Source of the DNA: the human T2T-CHM13v2.0 reference genome, Homo sapiens
DNA length: 64,000 nt
NCBI RefSeq assembly: GCF_009914755.1
Contig: NC_060944.1
Reading direction: 5' to 3' (one strand)
Position numbers and translations under genes: made by a program. Positions 39,491-56,070 of this stretch are shown one piece after another. Under the pieces are notes generated by a model, which was not told the origin of the DNA, searched no databases, and saw only the letters and a program-made list of their open reading frames with translations. Each line of letters begins with the position of its first letter. The first letter of the stretch is position 1.

Positions 39491-40926
39491 GGACTTCTTC
39501 AGTGGCTGCCGCAGTGACTTTCTGCAGGCCTGGGAACAGAGCTGAGCTTTGTTCTTGTCCTAACTCTCTGGATCTCCAGATAAGGGCTCAGTGAGCTTAT
39601 ATTATGTGACTCAGGACAGATTCACATACAAACAACTATTTTACCGAACATCTACAATGTGGTGGGCATTGAATTAATTGAAGTGGTTATATTTTCATGT
39701 ACCTTTGTCATTTGTATCTCTTGTTTAAGTATTTGCTTGTTTACATCCTATTAGCATATTTGACTGTCTGTTATTGATTAGCAATTACTCTTTACATATT
39801 AAGGCTCTACACAATATGTTTGTCACCTTTTTCATATTTCCCCAATTTAGTTATTTTTCAACTTGCTTATACTTTTTTATTTGCTATTCAGAGTTTAATT
39901 TTTAGGTAATTAAAAATGTTTTTTATGGTTTTAGTCCTTAGTACCATGCTTTGAGACTCTTTTTATCCCCAAGATTATAAAATATTAATTCATAGTTATT
40001 TTTCTATTCCTTTTAGTTTCACTATTTACATTATTTGTTTGCTTGCTTATTTAACATTTTAATCTTTGGTCCACCAGGAATACATTTTGCCATATGAGGT
40101 GAGGCAAGAATCTCAGTTTGTTTATTCAATAGGTCTACTTTTACACTCCCAAGAAAAACTCATTGCTTTGACTAAAATAGGCAGCCAAAAATGTTACAAC
40201 GTACAGTTGAGCAGATCAGCTCATAAACCTACTTGCCCTTCAGTGACTGAGAGATAGCATGCCGTGTGTCTTAACCATGTAACCGGTGGATGTGATCACG
40301 TTAGACTCTGGATTTTTGACAGATGATGCTTTTTTAGGCATTTACTTGGAGGAGATACAGATACTCCAGACAGGACGTTTGCCCATTACACAGCTGCCCC
40401 TGCACTAACTCCCCCCACCTCACCTTGCCACCTGTCAAATTACCCCTTTATTCACGCGCCTGCTGGGGACCCCTTGGTACATTACCAGTTTTTAAAATGT
40501 GATATCAGTTTTGGTGATCTGATTGGCAAAGATGAACGAGGTCAATAACTCCTGCTGTGGCAGCTACGGAGGGAAAAGGGCCGTCTTGATCCTCACTGTT
40601 TTGAATGTGTAAAGTGGGGGTAAGGTGGAGGTAGGGGGCTCTCTGCAGAGCGACACCCAGGCTGGGCACTGGTCACTGTGTTGTGGGCCTTACATTCTTT
40701 CGCTAGGCCTCCAAACCACCGTTAAGAGGTAGGAACTATCTTTAAGTCCATTTCACAGACAAGACCACTAAGGCACAATGAAGTAACCTGCCCAAGGTCA
40801 AGTATCTGGTAACTACAAACCCAGGCTGCCTGGGGTCTACACTACAGCCTTGTTCGGTTTGCAGTGACAGCCTTCAAGTCCTGCTTACTCTCAACCCAAC
40901 AATTGTCTCTATAGGATTGATCCTAG

Positions 40927-41320
<394 letters not shown>

Positions 41321-41549
41321 TAACCTAAAAGCCCATCAATAGTAAATCAGTAAATTCTACTATATAGTATTGCATATCCTGGACTGTGATGCAGTTTTTA
41401 AAGAGTTATAAAATCGATATGCTTCTTTGATACATACAATTCCAATATATCATTGCAGTTTACAAATTATAATGTATGGCATGATGTCATTTTTGTTACT
41501 AAAAAATATACAGGCATAGAAAAAAAACGGGAGTTGGAGCTGGCCTTGC

Positions 41550-41760
41550 CGGCCTCAGCACTAGTGACATTTTGGGCTGGACGGCTTTTCGTTATAGGGG
41601 TGTGTCTTGTGTGGCATGTTTAGCAGTATCCCTGGACTCTATCCACTAGTTGCCAGCAACATTTCTCACTACTGGGGGCCCTAGTTGTGACAACAAAAAA
41701 TGTCTCCAGTCATTGGCAAATGTCCCCTGGGGGGCAATGTCACCCAGTTGAAAACTACTG
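41550..41760 (+). mobile_element. MER20
   Basis: GACATTTTGGGCTGGA...TTTAGCAGTATCCCTGG...AATGTCTCCAG...AATGTCCCCTGGGGGGCAA. Confidence 0.88.
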
Positions 41761-41765
41761 GGTTA

Positions 41766-42660
<895 letters not shown>

Positions 42661-42869
42661 ACATGCAGGATCCCACAGATCCTTGCACATTGGTGGGAGG
42701 AAAGACATTGGATACTTTCTGCATGTTGGGGGTGAAAGAGTCGTGCATTTTAAATTTTGAGTACAGTGCTTAAGAGCTTTCCCTGAAGCCCTCCTCAATT
42801 TGCACTTCCTCCAACAGTGTCCTGAATTCATTTTAGTAGAAGAGACATGAGAACACCAACACACAATAA

Positions 42870-43188
<319 letters not shown>

Positions 43189-43640
43189 TGATGTTCTTAT
43201 TGAGAGTTTGTAGGTAGAGCACAGGGACTCTCTGAGCTCTGAGGGACAGGAGGGGGTTGTCGCCAGGCTAGGCTCCCCACTTAGGGATGCTTGTCCTGGT
43301 TTGCTCTTGGAACCCAAGCATCCCCCTACCCCAGGACAATGGCCACAATTCAGACTGATAGCACTCCGAGCTGCCTGGCTCATTGGTGGCCACAGCGTGC
43401 TCATCTGCCCACTGGTTTTCAGTGTCACAGTCAGAGCTGAGAGTGGCCACCTAAGGGCGGGGCTGCTGCTGCTGCTGTTTGTCCAGCCACTGAGCAAGGG
43501 AGGAGGGGGGACATCAGGATCACACCAGGCCTTCTGCCCAGAACGTCTCCCCCTGCCTTCCCAGGACCGACCCTTCTCACCCTCCAGGTCATGACTGGGC
43601 TGCTCCCTCCTCCAAGAAGCCCACTTTGAAACCATGCATC

Positions 43641-44067
43641 TGCAGTGGGTTGAAGGGTTCCCCCAAGAGACACGACCACCTGAAACCTCAGAATGTGAGC
43701 CCATTTGGAATAAGAATCTTTGCAAATGGCAAGGTTCTTGAGATGAGATCATCTTGGAGCGTGGTGGCCCTGAGTCCAGTGGCGAGTGTCTTTATAAGAG
43801 ATGGAAAAGGAGAAGAAACAGAGAGTCATGAGGAAAAGGTCGTGGGGCCGCAGAGGCAGAGGCTGGAGCAATGCGTCTGTAAGTCAGGGAAGCCAGCAGC
43901 CAGCAGTGGCTCGGGGGAAACATAGATCAGACTCTCTCTCACCACCTCTGAAAGAAACCAGTCCTGTTGACATTTTGATTTCCAACTTCTGTCCTCCAGA
44001 ACTGCGAGAAAACAATTTTTTTTTCAAGCCACCAGATTTGTTATGGCCACTCCAAGAAATAAATATA
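43641..44067 (+). mobile_element. MLT1B/C LTR
   Basis: ACCTCAGAATGTGA...GATGAGATCATC...ACTTCTGTCCTCCAGAACTGCGAGA...AAGCCACCAG. Confidence 0.85.
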
Positions 44068-44473
44068 GTATGCCCACCTCCACATACCAGCTTTGGCAAT
44101 TTGGGGCAATTTGGCTTGCACTTAGGCAGGTTACTTCTACCCCTCAGCCTCAGTCTTCCCATGTGAGAAATGGGACTTTAGCCACACCCGTGTGCTGTCG
44201 TGGTGAAGACTAAATGAGGTAGTAACTACACGGACTCATCTGGGAGCCTGCCACCTGGTAAGTGCTCCATGAATGTTAGCTACTTTTTTTTTTTTTTTGA
44301 TCAATCTAGAATGTGTCCCCAGAGATTCTGAGTTAGAATCGAAACCAAGGTCAAAGCACATTCTCCATTTGGTTCTGTGCACAGTGAGGTTTTTGGGCCA
44401 TCAGGTTCCAGCACAACAACAAAAACATGGAAACCACCCAATGCTCACCCCGAGGGGTGGGTCACTGACCTCA

Positions 44474-44818
<345 letters not shown>

Positions 44819-47800
44819 ATTTTTTTTGATAATACGGAAACATTCTTGGTAATAACATTAAGTGGCTAAAAGAGGTATAGAAAATTGTATGTGCAGAATG
44901 ATTACAATTATGCAGAAATAAATACCACGTTTCTGTTGAGAGAAAGAAAACACACAAAAAAGTCACAGGGAAGCAATTTAAATCCATACATATGGGAAGG
45001 AGAAAGGAAGGAAAAAGGAAGGGAAAGGAGAAGGGAGCGGGAAGGAGGGAGGCCCACAAGAGACGGAGGAGTAGCCAGTACTCCTTACTGCTGCAGTAAC
45101 ATTAAGCCATCACAGGTGTGTATCGCAATTAAGCTCTTCCGAAATCTTTCCCATCCTTTATTCCAACCCATTTGGCAGTTTTAATAAACTCTCTGAGCTT
45201 CAGTTCCCTTATCTAAAATGCTACCTGCAAACCCAGCTGCACTCCACTTTGTGCTCATGGGCAATCTCCTTCATTTCTATTGGCCTCTGTTTTCCAATCT
45301 ATAAAATGGGGATGTTAAAAGCACTCCCTCACTGAGTGGTTGACACCGTCTCAGACCTGGGCCTGGCACATAGTAGGTGCTCAATAATCTCGAGCTGCTG
45401 TTATTTCATATGGGACACGAGCCTGGTGGATCACTGCTGGCAAGGCCAACTCCTTAGGGCTGTCTTCTCGTCCTCTGGAGAGACCCAAGGGTTGAGAAGA
45501 TCCCCTGGTACCCCACAGACCTCCATGGCCAGAGGGCAGATGAGAAGGTGGGAGAGGGCACCCATTCAGTGTTCCCACCGGGGACAGCCTCATTTCATCT
45601 TGGCACAAGACAACTTCCTGGTTCAAAGACCAAAGGCCTTGAAAAAGAAAGGAGAAAGGGTTCCTGGACATCAAATGTTTCTTACAAACACTGTTTTGAT
45701 GGTTTAAATGTAAACAAATCTGAAACATATGGATTACATTTCTCCTGAAGGGCTTAAAAGTTAAAGGGGAAAAAAGGGAGTTGTCTCCAGCCAAATTCAT
45801 GTTGATTTTTGCCAATCTCCAGGATCTTTGGGAAATAATTGGAGACATGTCCTCACACCCCAACTAGTGCTAAGCTGTAGCTTTTTTTTTAATTGCTGTT
45901 ATGACTCACTGTTGAGTTGGTGATTATTTTTATCCAGTTAATGAAGGTAATCTATAAATTACCACTGACCCAGATTCAGATTCATTATTTAATAAGATTT
46001 AAATTACACACCCAAGTTCGCTCAGAAGCAGCGGGCTGGAGCTTCTTTCTGAACAGCATCTGTTTGTTCTCAAAAGTCCTGATGCTCAGATGTTCTGATC
46101 ACCGCCTCCCTGCCCCCATTTGAGCGTGTGGCCTATATAGTGTGACATTTGGGGCCACCTGGCCAGTTTCCAGGCCCTGTTCCTGCACATGCTCTGTGAG
46201 TATTGGCCCTGGACCAATACGTGGGAATTCCCAAGGCTGCCACCCAGCTTCTGCCTCTGTCAAACACTTGCAGGGTGCCTTTGGGCGACCTCTGGTCCCT
46301 CCGTGGGCCTTGGTTTCTCCCTGTATGGCACGTTCTTTATGGGGGTTCTTAGTACCGTTACACCAAGTTAGGGTTTCCCAAGGCGTGTCCCGTGGGGCCC
46401 TGGTCCCACGGGTGCTGTCTAGAGGGGCTCCTTCCTTAAACACCCTTGAGCATGGCTACAGAATCCACAACTGTAGATTCACAAGGGCATACCATTAGGG
46501 TCAAAGTCACCATGTCAGACCCCCTGAAAAGGTCATAGATTCCAGAGAGCTCACCCTCTCCTGCCTGCTTTCTGCCTTCTTTTACCCATAAGGGTCCTTT
46601 TACCCAAAGGGCCTGGTCAGGACCTGACCCTGCCTTCTCAGTCCCTCTAAGGGCTCCCCTTGTCCTTAAAATGAAATCCACTTTCCTGAGCTTGCAGGGG
46701 TCTGCAGGGTCTGCACCCAGAGGCAGCTTCATGGACAAGCAACCTGGGCAGTTGCACAGAGGGACTCCATGCTTGATTTAATGCTATCTTGTCTCGTCTT
46801 GAAATTCTTTCTAAGTTTGCCTGAGAGGCTCTGCAAATCACGTAGCCAATCCTGCCAGAACCCTAGCACACCTTCAGCGCTGACCTTTCCCTCTCTCTGT
46901 CCTTTTTGCTCTTCTGCCTCTGTGCTGACTGGACCCTAAGCCCTGAGTGAATGTCAGTGTTTGACCAAGAAACACTTTCTCTGTAGGGCTTCTCCCCTCT
47001 TCCTTCAGAGGGACCTGTTCATCCTTCAGGTCTCAGCTCAGACGTCACCCCTCAGAAAGGCCTTTCTGTCCTCCACCAGCGACTGCATTAAGCACGTAGC
47101 TCATCCCTGTGCAGCACTATTGGGAAACACCTGATTGGTTTCCTTGCTCACTCTTTATCCTCCCTCACCACGTGGTGAGCATGGGGAGGGCAAGGGCCTT
47201 CCTTCCTTGAGGACACAGCCCATGTGCCCCCCACACACGGAAGCTCCTGTCTTGGTCAAGAAACTGGCTCCATTTCCCCAGCCAAGCATGTCTCATATTC
47301 CTGTGTCTCCTGGGGGAGGTGGGGTGTTGAGCCCCAGCTCTGAGCTCCAGCGGGAGCAGGTGGTGAAGGAAGAGACACCCTGCTCTGGGGTGCACCCCCA
47401 ATACCTGGACTTGTTCTGAGCTCCTGCGGGGAGTCCCAGCCACAGTGACTCCCAGGACCCTGGACCTTCTTCCCTCCCCTTTGCTCCTTCTTGCAGCTCC
47501 TCCTACCCCCATCCTCCCCGAACCCTTTTTCTGCCCTTCAAGCTTCATTGCCTCAGGACTCCCTTTTATCTCATCAGTTTCAAAGCTGCCTCCCAATGAG
47601 ATGATCACGGTTTCCTTTGCTCCTTCTCTGGGCCCTGCCACTGGGGGCTGCTGGCATGGGAGCTTTCGCTAGTGTCCCTGGATGCTTATTTTTTCACCGA
47701 ACAATTATCTCTTTTTTTAATGGGCAAGGCTAAGTTTATTAAAGTCGCAGAAGCGAGTAGATGTAAAAGGACCATATTAGGAAGTGAATGGCCTGGGCAC

Positions 47801-48007
47801 AGGCTGAACCAGGACCACAGAGGCTGTTCTCAAGACAGCAGGAATTAGGAAACTCAGCTCACTCCCCCTCACCCACCCCAAGCTTCTCACACTGGAATTC
47901 CCCTCGGGGTGGGGGCGGGAGAGGGGGGGAACAGTGAAGGGAGGTGGGTGGGAACCGGTTTCAAGTCACCACTGTCTGGGAAAAGGGCTGTGGCCTTGAG
48001 CAAGGAA

Positions 48008-48100
48008 AATGACCAACTTGTCCCTGTTTGCCTGGGACTCCTCTGGATTCTACATCCCAAGTCCCAGGTTCTGGGAACCCCTCAGTCCCAGGCAAACCCT
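48008..48100 (-). mobile_element. MER94
   Basis: TGACCAACTTGTCCCTGTTTGCCTGGGAC...AACCCCTCAGTCCCAGGCAAACC. Confidence 0.75.
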
Positions 48101-48499
48101 AAAAAGGGTTGGAACAGGCTCCACCTCACACTGCTGCTCCCTGGGGCACACCCGGAGAGGCCGGCTCTCTCCCAGCCCCTCCCCTCTCAGCCCCTCCCCG
48201 TCCCCCTCGCCTTCCCGTCCCCATCCCCCTCCTCGTGGGGAAAAGCTTCAGCCAGATTTCCACACCCACCTGCACAGGGCCCTCCTTTGCCCCCTGCAAA
48301 TGTCAGTGTGTCCTCATTCCCCTTAGAGCAGGTCCACGGCCGGAGGCTGCCCAGAGGAGACTGGGGGTGTCTGTGCCTGTGCATGGCGGCGTCCACCCCA
48401 GAACCCCCAAATACATGCATATAAAGCTCTGAGGAGCACTGTGGCCCTTTGCTGACAGTCAAGGGTTTGCATCTGGTGGGGAAGTTTGTTTTGTTCTTT

Positions 48500-48937
48500 T
48501 TTTCTTCATTTTATTTGTATTTGTTGTGAAATACACAGAACATGAAATTGGCCATTAGCTACTTCTGAAGAGTACAGTTCCACCGTGAAGAGCTCATTCC
48601 CATTGTTGTGCAACCCATCTCCAGAACTGTTTTCATCTTGCAAAACTGAAACTGCAAACCCATTAAACACTAACTTCTCATCCTCCCTCCCGCTCCCCCT
48701 GGCAACCCCCATTCTCCTGTCTGTCTCTATGAATTCGACAACTCTAGGTAAGTGGAATCATACGGCATTTGTCCTTTTGTGCCGGGCTTATTCACTTAAT
48801 ATAATGTCCTCAAGGCTCATTCATGTTTAGCATGTGTCAGAATTCTCTTCCCTTCTAAGGCTTAAGTAATATTTCATTGTATTAGTGGGCGCATTTTGTT
48901 CTTCCATCTACCCTTCAATGGACCTTTGGGTTGCTTG
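48500..48937 (-). mobile_element. L1MB 3' end
   Basis: CATTGTTGTGCAACC...TTTTCATCTTGCAAAACTGAAACT...CCCATTAAACACTAACT...TCCTCAAGGCTCATTCATG. Confidence 0.85.
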
Positions 48938-50595
48938 CATGGGGAAGGTTTTTAATTTTTCCCCTCCCTGGGCACCAAAGCTGAGATAGACAAGGGCATC
49001 TAGATGCCCTAGGGGAGGGGCAGCTGGAGTCCCGGTTAAAAAGAGGCAAGGAGGAAGAGAATGTGCTGGAGGAAAGAAGAGTGGTGAGAGGAAATGAGGG
49101 GCCCAGAGGACCCCCTTTGAAACTGGCAGTGGATTCCCTGTAAGAGATTATCAGAATAATAATCATTATTAAAGCGGTTGTATTGCCTGGACACTTACTG
49201 TGAGCCAGGTCCTGTTGTAAAGGGTTGATGTGTGTTCATCTGCTGTGTTCTCACAGCAGTTCTCTAAGGCAGATGCTGTTATTGTTCTCATTTGACAGAT
49301 GAGGAAACGGAGACATGGATATGTCACCAGCTTATGAAATCTGGGCTGAAAAGGAAAGACCTCGACATATTCCAGGGGTCCTCAGCTTTCAGCCACATCA
49401 GAGTCACCCACACAGCTCGTTGCTTTGATGTAGACTTCAGCCCACCCCGGGGCGTGCCATCCAGGGCATGCTCATGGGGCTGGGCTATGGGAGAAACTCT
49501 GGCTTGACAGAGCAGCCTCGTAGGAGGGGTGGAGATGGGGAACCCGTCATGGGCTGTCTCAGTGTTCAATATGTGGAGCATATTCAGAAAGGGCTCTTTT
49601 TCCTCAAAACCTATTGCTGAGATTTGTACATTGTGCCAGGCATTTGCAGAAACAGTTGGACCTTCAGCAAGAGACATCATTTCTGTCCTGAGCCTGATGC
49701 CTCTGGCTGTAAAGTGGAGTGCATGACTCCTGCTGTGCATGGTTTTAGGAAAGGCCCCAGGAACAGCTCAGTGAAGCAGCAGCGCCATGTCTGAGGCCTG
49801 TGAGTGACTGCTCCCTACACGTTGTTTCCACGATAACCAAACACCAGCAGAGCTCCCTGTAGCCTGTGGATTTTCTGTAGCTGGTCACCTGAATGGCTAA
49901 GCCCGTGTTACTGCCCGGTCTCTTCTGGCAGGATGAACTTGAATGTGCCAGCGCTAACCCTGTTGCCTACTGGAAGGAAATTAACCCTTCTGCTACCAGC
50001 CTGGGGCAATATTTTATGGAGTTTCCTTCTTTCTTGAGTTGGCTGGGAAATGGAAAGAGGGGTTTAGGCTGACGGTCTTTTCCTCTTTTTAGCAAAGCAG
50101 TACATGTTTGTGGTAGGCAGTTTAGGAAATGCAGATAATTAGAAAGGAGAAAATCCACACCCTCCATCGCCTACTGTCCAGACACGATGAGAGACTCTTG
50201 GAGTTTCCCCTGAACCGAGTTATAAGCTTATCCATGGGGTTCATCTGCAGCTCAGAGTTTCTTGTTGATTGCTGGGGTCTTACCTCAGAATTTTGACCCC
50301 CCACTTTGGGGTCCTGGTTTGGTTGGGCAAAGAAAGATGAGGTATGAAGAGAACAGAGGGCTTTTGATTGTTTGTCTTTTGAGAACTTGGATGAAGTTGA
50401 AGTTCTAATGAGATCAATGGACAGCGCTAGGACTGAGTCCCCAAAAGCATACTTTGACCCTCCCCCGAGACAAACCAGTTGTCATTTTTGATGTTTTTCA
50501 AGAGTACATGCTTTTGTCTTTCAGGAAATGAGCATGTTGGTAGTAAAATCATGATTTTAATGGGTTTTGTAATATTAATTGTCATTTGGTTTAAC

Positions 50596-50818
50596 ACAGG
50601 GTTTCTCAACTTGGGCATAATAATATTTGGGCTGGATCATACTTTGTGGTGGGGATTTTTTTGTGCATTGTAGAAGCCGCAGCAGCCTCCCTGACCTCTA
50701 CCCCCTGGATCCCAGCAGAAACCTCTCCTCCGCTGTCCCTGGCTCCCTTCTCCCCAAAAGATATCTCAGGACAAACGTCTCCTAGGGGACAAAATCAGCA
50801 CCTGAGGAGAAACTACTG
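50596..50818 (+). mobile_element. MER20
   Basis: CAGGGTTTCTCAACTTGGGCA...TTTGGGCTGGATCATACTTTGTGGTGGGG...GAGAAACTACTG. Confidence 0.8.
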
Positions 50819-52387
50819 TCCCAGAAAGTCCCAGGGAGGGAGAAGGATCCCTACATCCCCTCAAGCATAAACAGAACTCAAACTATACTTTATGAGATTG
50901 GACACATAATGGTGTTTTGTTTTTTTTTTTAAGAAAATAGCTAATCAAGCAAGAGGACTAGCAATAATAATACAACTAATGTTCTATTCCTTGTAGTTGG
51001 AGACTGCGTGTGTACTTACCTCTTAATATCCATTACACTTAATTAGAATTAGCATTGCATTACATTTAATACCATGTTGCCAATTGTATTTAACTAAAAA
51101 ATGCTTTTGAAAAATTTAGGGTTTTTATTTTTTCATCCAATGATCAGTTTCCTGCTGAAGGATACTCTTTCATATCAGGTATAAAGAAAGCCCTTCCAAC
51201 AGACCTGAAGAATGTTTGCTGATGAATCAAAAATAGCTCTCTAAGAAGAACTGTTCCAGAATAATCACGGAAAGAGACTGCTTTTAAGACAGTTCAAAAA
51301 TAAGTATTTTATTCATTCAATGACCAACTGATTTTTACGAGTGCCTGCCATATGCGGAGAATTTATAGTAGGGAAATGTCTAATTCCTTATAAATGGAGA
51401 GGTGATCTCCTTTGAAGAAGTAGGAAATTTTTATGTTTGAACTTGTCAGGGAGAAGCCAGAAGTAAAAGGACGTTTAATTCAATTTGACAATTAAGATTT
51501 GTCTTGCAGCATCTCACTTGGCCAAGCTCAAAAAATCATCTTGTGGAAAAGTCTCATCTAGTATCGTGCATGCGTGTGTGTGTGTGTGTGTGTGTTCACA
51601 CACACTCATGCTAACGTGCAGAACAGAGGCATGGACCATTTTGTTTATTATTTCTCGCTTTGCTCCAAAAGCAAAATTAATTGAGGATTCGAAATATTTT
51701 TTATGATGTTGCCATAAGAATTAATCCACCCGTATTGAAAACGGAAGAAAAGAATGAATGCATTATTGCCATTTTCAACCAAATAACACATTCCATTATA
51801 AATATTTCATGTATCTTATAGAACATGTGGTAAATGCAGGAAAGAAAAAAAGTTAATATCATACCTAAATCTGTCACCCCACTGTAAAAAGGTTGGTACA
51901 TTTTCTTCAAGTCTTTTATTTTTTATTTGTTGGGATATACATACACATTTTTGAGCAAATTAGGGTCATACTTTTTCAGAATTTTCAGTTCCATTTCAAT
52001 TTCTGTTGTATCGGGGGCATGTTCCCCAGGAAATATGATTTTTAGAGAAAAATCACTGACAGTGACTGAAGCAAAAAAACAAGGCTGCCCTGGATGATTG
52101 TGCAGGTTGTGCACTCCACAAACCTAGGTGATAGTGTGAATGGTTCTACCTGAGAAAAGATCCTGCCGATTCTAGGTGCCTTTAAAATGTATCTACACAC
52201 ATTCACAGAGAACTTGGCTGAACAAGGCACTCCACGCTTCACCTTCTGAACACAAACCAGAGTGGCTGCTTCAGGCTGGAGTGGGAACAGCCACTGATGC
52301 AAAGAGGCTTGAAGGAACTTGACGGGGGTTGGGGGTGTTCTACATGGGACTGGAGAGGTGGCTGCACAACTGTCTGAATTGAAGCTC

Positions 52388-52547
52388 GGCCAGGTGCGGT
52401 GGCTCACACCTGTAATCCCAGCACTTTAGGAAGCCAAGGTGGAAGGACTGCTTGGGGCCAAGAGTTCAAGACCAGCCTGGACAACATAGCAAGATCCCAT
52501 CTACAAAAACACATACACACACACGCACACAAACACACACACACAAA
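52388..52547 (+). mobile_element. Alu left monomer (FLAM_C-like) with (CA)n tail
   Basis: GGCCAGGTGCGGTGGCTCAC...AACATAGCAAGATCCCATCTAC, then CA repeat. Confidence 0.88.
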
Positions 52548-53743
52548 CTGATGCTCATTGAACTACATACTTGAAATGGATGACTTTTATGATATCTTAA
52601 TTATACCTCAATAAAGCTGTTTTTTTCTTAAAGGAAGGAAGGACAAAATCCACCCCCTAAAAAACAAGCAAACCCTGGGAGGTGGGCACCATGGTTATTA
52701 TTCCATTTCACAGACCAGAGATCTAGACCCAGAGAGGGTCAGCCACTTCCCTAAGGTCACTGTCACAGGCAGTGGACTGGGGTCCTCAGCCTGGTACCTG
52801 GCTGGGGGACTTCCCTCTGAGTCCCTCCACATCCCTGCCTCTCCATCAGCCCCTGTTCTAAGCTCTGATATGCCATCAACCCAGGAGTGGGTTCTTTACA
52901 GTCGGAAACCTAAAGCCCTGGCATCTGGGGCTGTGTCCTCCCCACTTTCTGTAATTCTGAGCCTGGTCTGCAAACCAGCCTATTCCTGCCCTACTTCCCA
53001 GCTTGGGTGGCAAACACCCGAGCTCTCAAAATTGAGTTTAGCAAAATGGAAAAGCAGGGGGAGGCTGGACTGCCCTTGATCTGAAATGTGGTGATGAGAG
53101 CTGCTCAGCACCATCTCTGTTAGGCCAAGCTTCTCCCCAGTGTACATTTTGAATGAGTCTGATTTATTGGCCGCGTTTGAAGGGATCCTAAAACAATGCG
53201 GAGCTTCTGGCAGCCTGTCTGAGAACATGCTCACACACAGAGCCATCAAGCCCGACTCTGAATCACACTCCAGAGCCGAACAGGCATCTTCAAAGGCCGG
53301 TCTGCCGGGTTTCCAGCAGGACACGATTGTGGGCTGGGCACCAGCATGGAAAAATTGACTGGGTGTTATTGTCAAATGTGGCAATGGTTTCGAGGATAAT
53401 TTCCTCCTGAAGAGCAGCTTCTGTGATTTTATTTCTCATTGTGTTGCCATTCCACGGGGTCTCATGTGAAGTCGGGCCTCCAGCATCCTCGGTCGGTCTG
53501 TGAGGATTTGCAGGCTGACTCCTATGGGTCCCTGGCTGCGCCCAGTAGTGATGGCTTTGGGGAATGGAGCTGTGTTGGGGGATGGGGACAGTGGCACAGA
53601 GGGCAAGAGCACAGCATGACATGGACTCATTCTGCTGCTCTGCAACCTGCCCTCTTCCTTCTCAGGAAGTGCGGATCCACAATCAGCCAATGGGTAGCGG
53701 ACTGCCTACTTCTCACGCAGTTGCATGGGCTCTTTATAAAAAG

Positions 53744-54733
<990 letters not shown>

Positions 54734-54739
54734 TCAAAA

Positions 54740-55022
54740 AACCCTCTCTAATCACCCCATCTAAAGATTTCTCCTGGAAATTTCCACTGAGCCTTTTTGC
54801 TTCCTCCATAATAGCTTTGGAAATCTGATCCTATTTTATTTAAGTGGTTGTTTGTTTTATTTGGTTACTTACTGTTTTCTCCATTCTCCCTCCATTCAAG
54901 GTAAACTCCACGAGGGTAGGAGGTTCTGTCTGGTTCAACGATGCATCCCCAGTGCCTTGAAGTATCTCTGGCACACACTAGGCACTCAATAAATGGCTGA
55001 TAGACGGGATGAATGAGTGAAT
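54740..55022 (+). mobile_element. L2a 3' end
   Basis: GTAAACTCCACGAGGGTAGG...TGGCACACACTAGGCACTCAATAAAT...TGAATGAGTGAAT. Confidence 0.8.
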
Positions 55023-56070
55023 GCACATTTATTGACCCCTACTGCATTGGTTGGAGCTCAGTGTGGAAATAAAAACCATCTTAGTTCTTTTAAGCCAAAG
55101 GTGTTCTCATGCACACCATGTGGAACTAGGAAATTTGTGGAAGGGCCAATAATCAAAACAACAACCGGAGGCTAATTTCCATCATGCCAGCCCACCTTAC
55201 CCCTGACTCCCACACCCTGCCCCAAGGACCCCAAAGAGACAGCCTCCCCCACAGTGCCTTGGCTGTCTCGGTGCCCCCTGTCTTCCGAAGTAGTGGCCCC
55301 TGCACACACTCACCATGGTGGTTAAGCATCAGTACTGCAAGGCAGACAGGCTGGGGCTGGAGCTGGAGCTGGAGTGACAACCCTATTGTTTACTGGCTGT
55401 TTGACCAAGCTCAGATTTTTTTTTCTTAAACCTGTAAAACGGGGTAAACATGGGACTGACCCAGCAGGGTCTTGGAAGTATTAAATAAGACAATGCCTAT
55501 CAAGTGCCTGAGCTGATGCCTGGCCAAAAAGAGCACCGGCTATATGCAGTGAACACCTATTATCTCCTTCTATGCCAGGCACGGTTCCCAGCAGTAAGCG
55601 GGAGAGATTAGGATCCTGCCCTCAGGGAGCTCCCACCCTGGTTGCAGCCAAACATGTTAATCTAATCAATAAAGCACAAGGGCAGAGGGGCGACCACCGT
55701 GGGAGGTGAAGCTACTTTAGCAAAGATGGTGAGAGAAGAATGTGCCATGTGAACTGAAGCTGAACCACACGGGAGGGAGGGAACAGTTGCAGATCCAAGG
55801 AGGCTGTTCCAGGCAGGGGAACAGCACATGCAAAGTCCCCGAAGCAGGGAAGCAGAGGGCTCAAGGAGAAAACAGTAACTACCAAAAGGAGCTCACTCTC
55901 GACAATCACTATTATTAGTAGTGATTGCAACAGAGCAAAACATCTGTTTCCTCACATTTTACCCCTCCTTCTCCACTCCTTTCTGTTGCCTCCTAACTGC
56001 TAAGACTTATGAGTTATCAGATTTACATGTGATTCAGAAAAAGTCTCACCATTTAACTACTGAGTTTCCG

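Noticed and set aside
53140-53358. Protein-like ORF (YILNESDLLAAFEGILKQ...) after an acceptor-like TTCTCCCCAG
   Set aside because: No ATG start, no recognisable homology and no matching donor; better explained as a motif-rich non-coding island.
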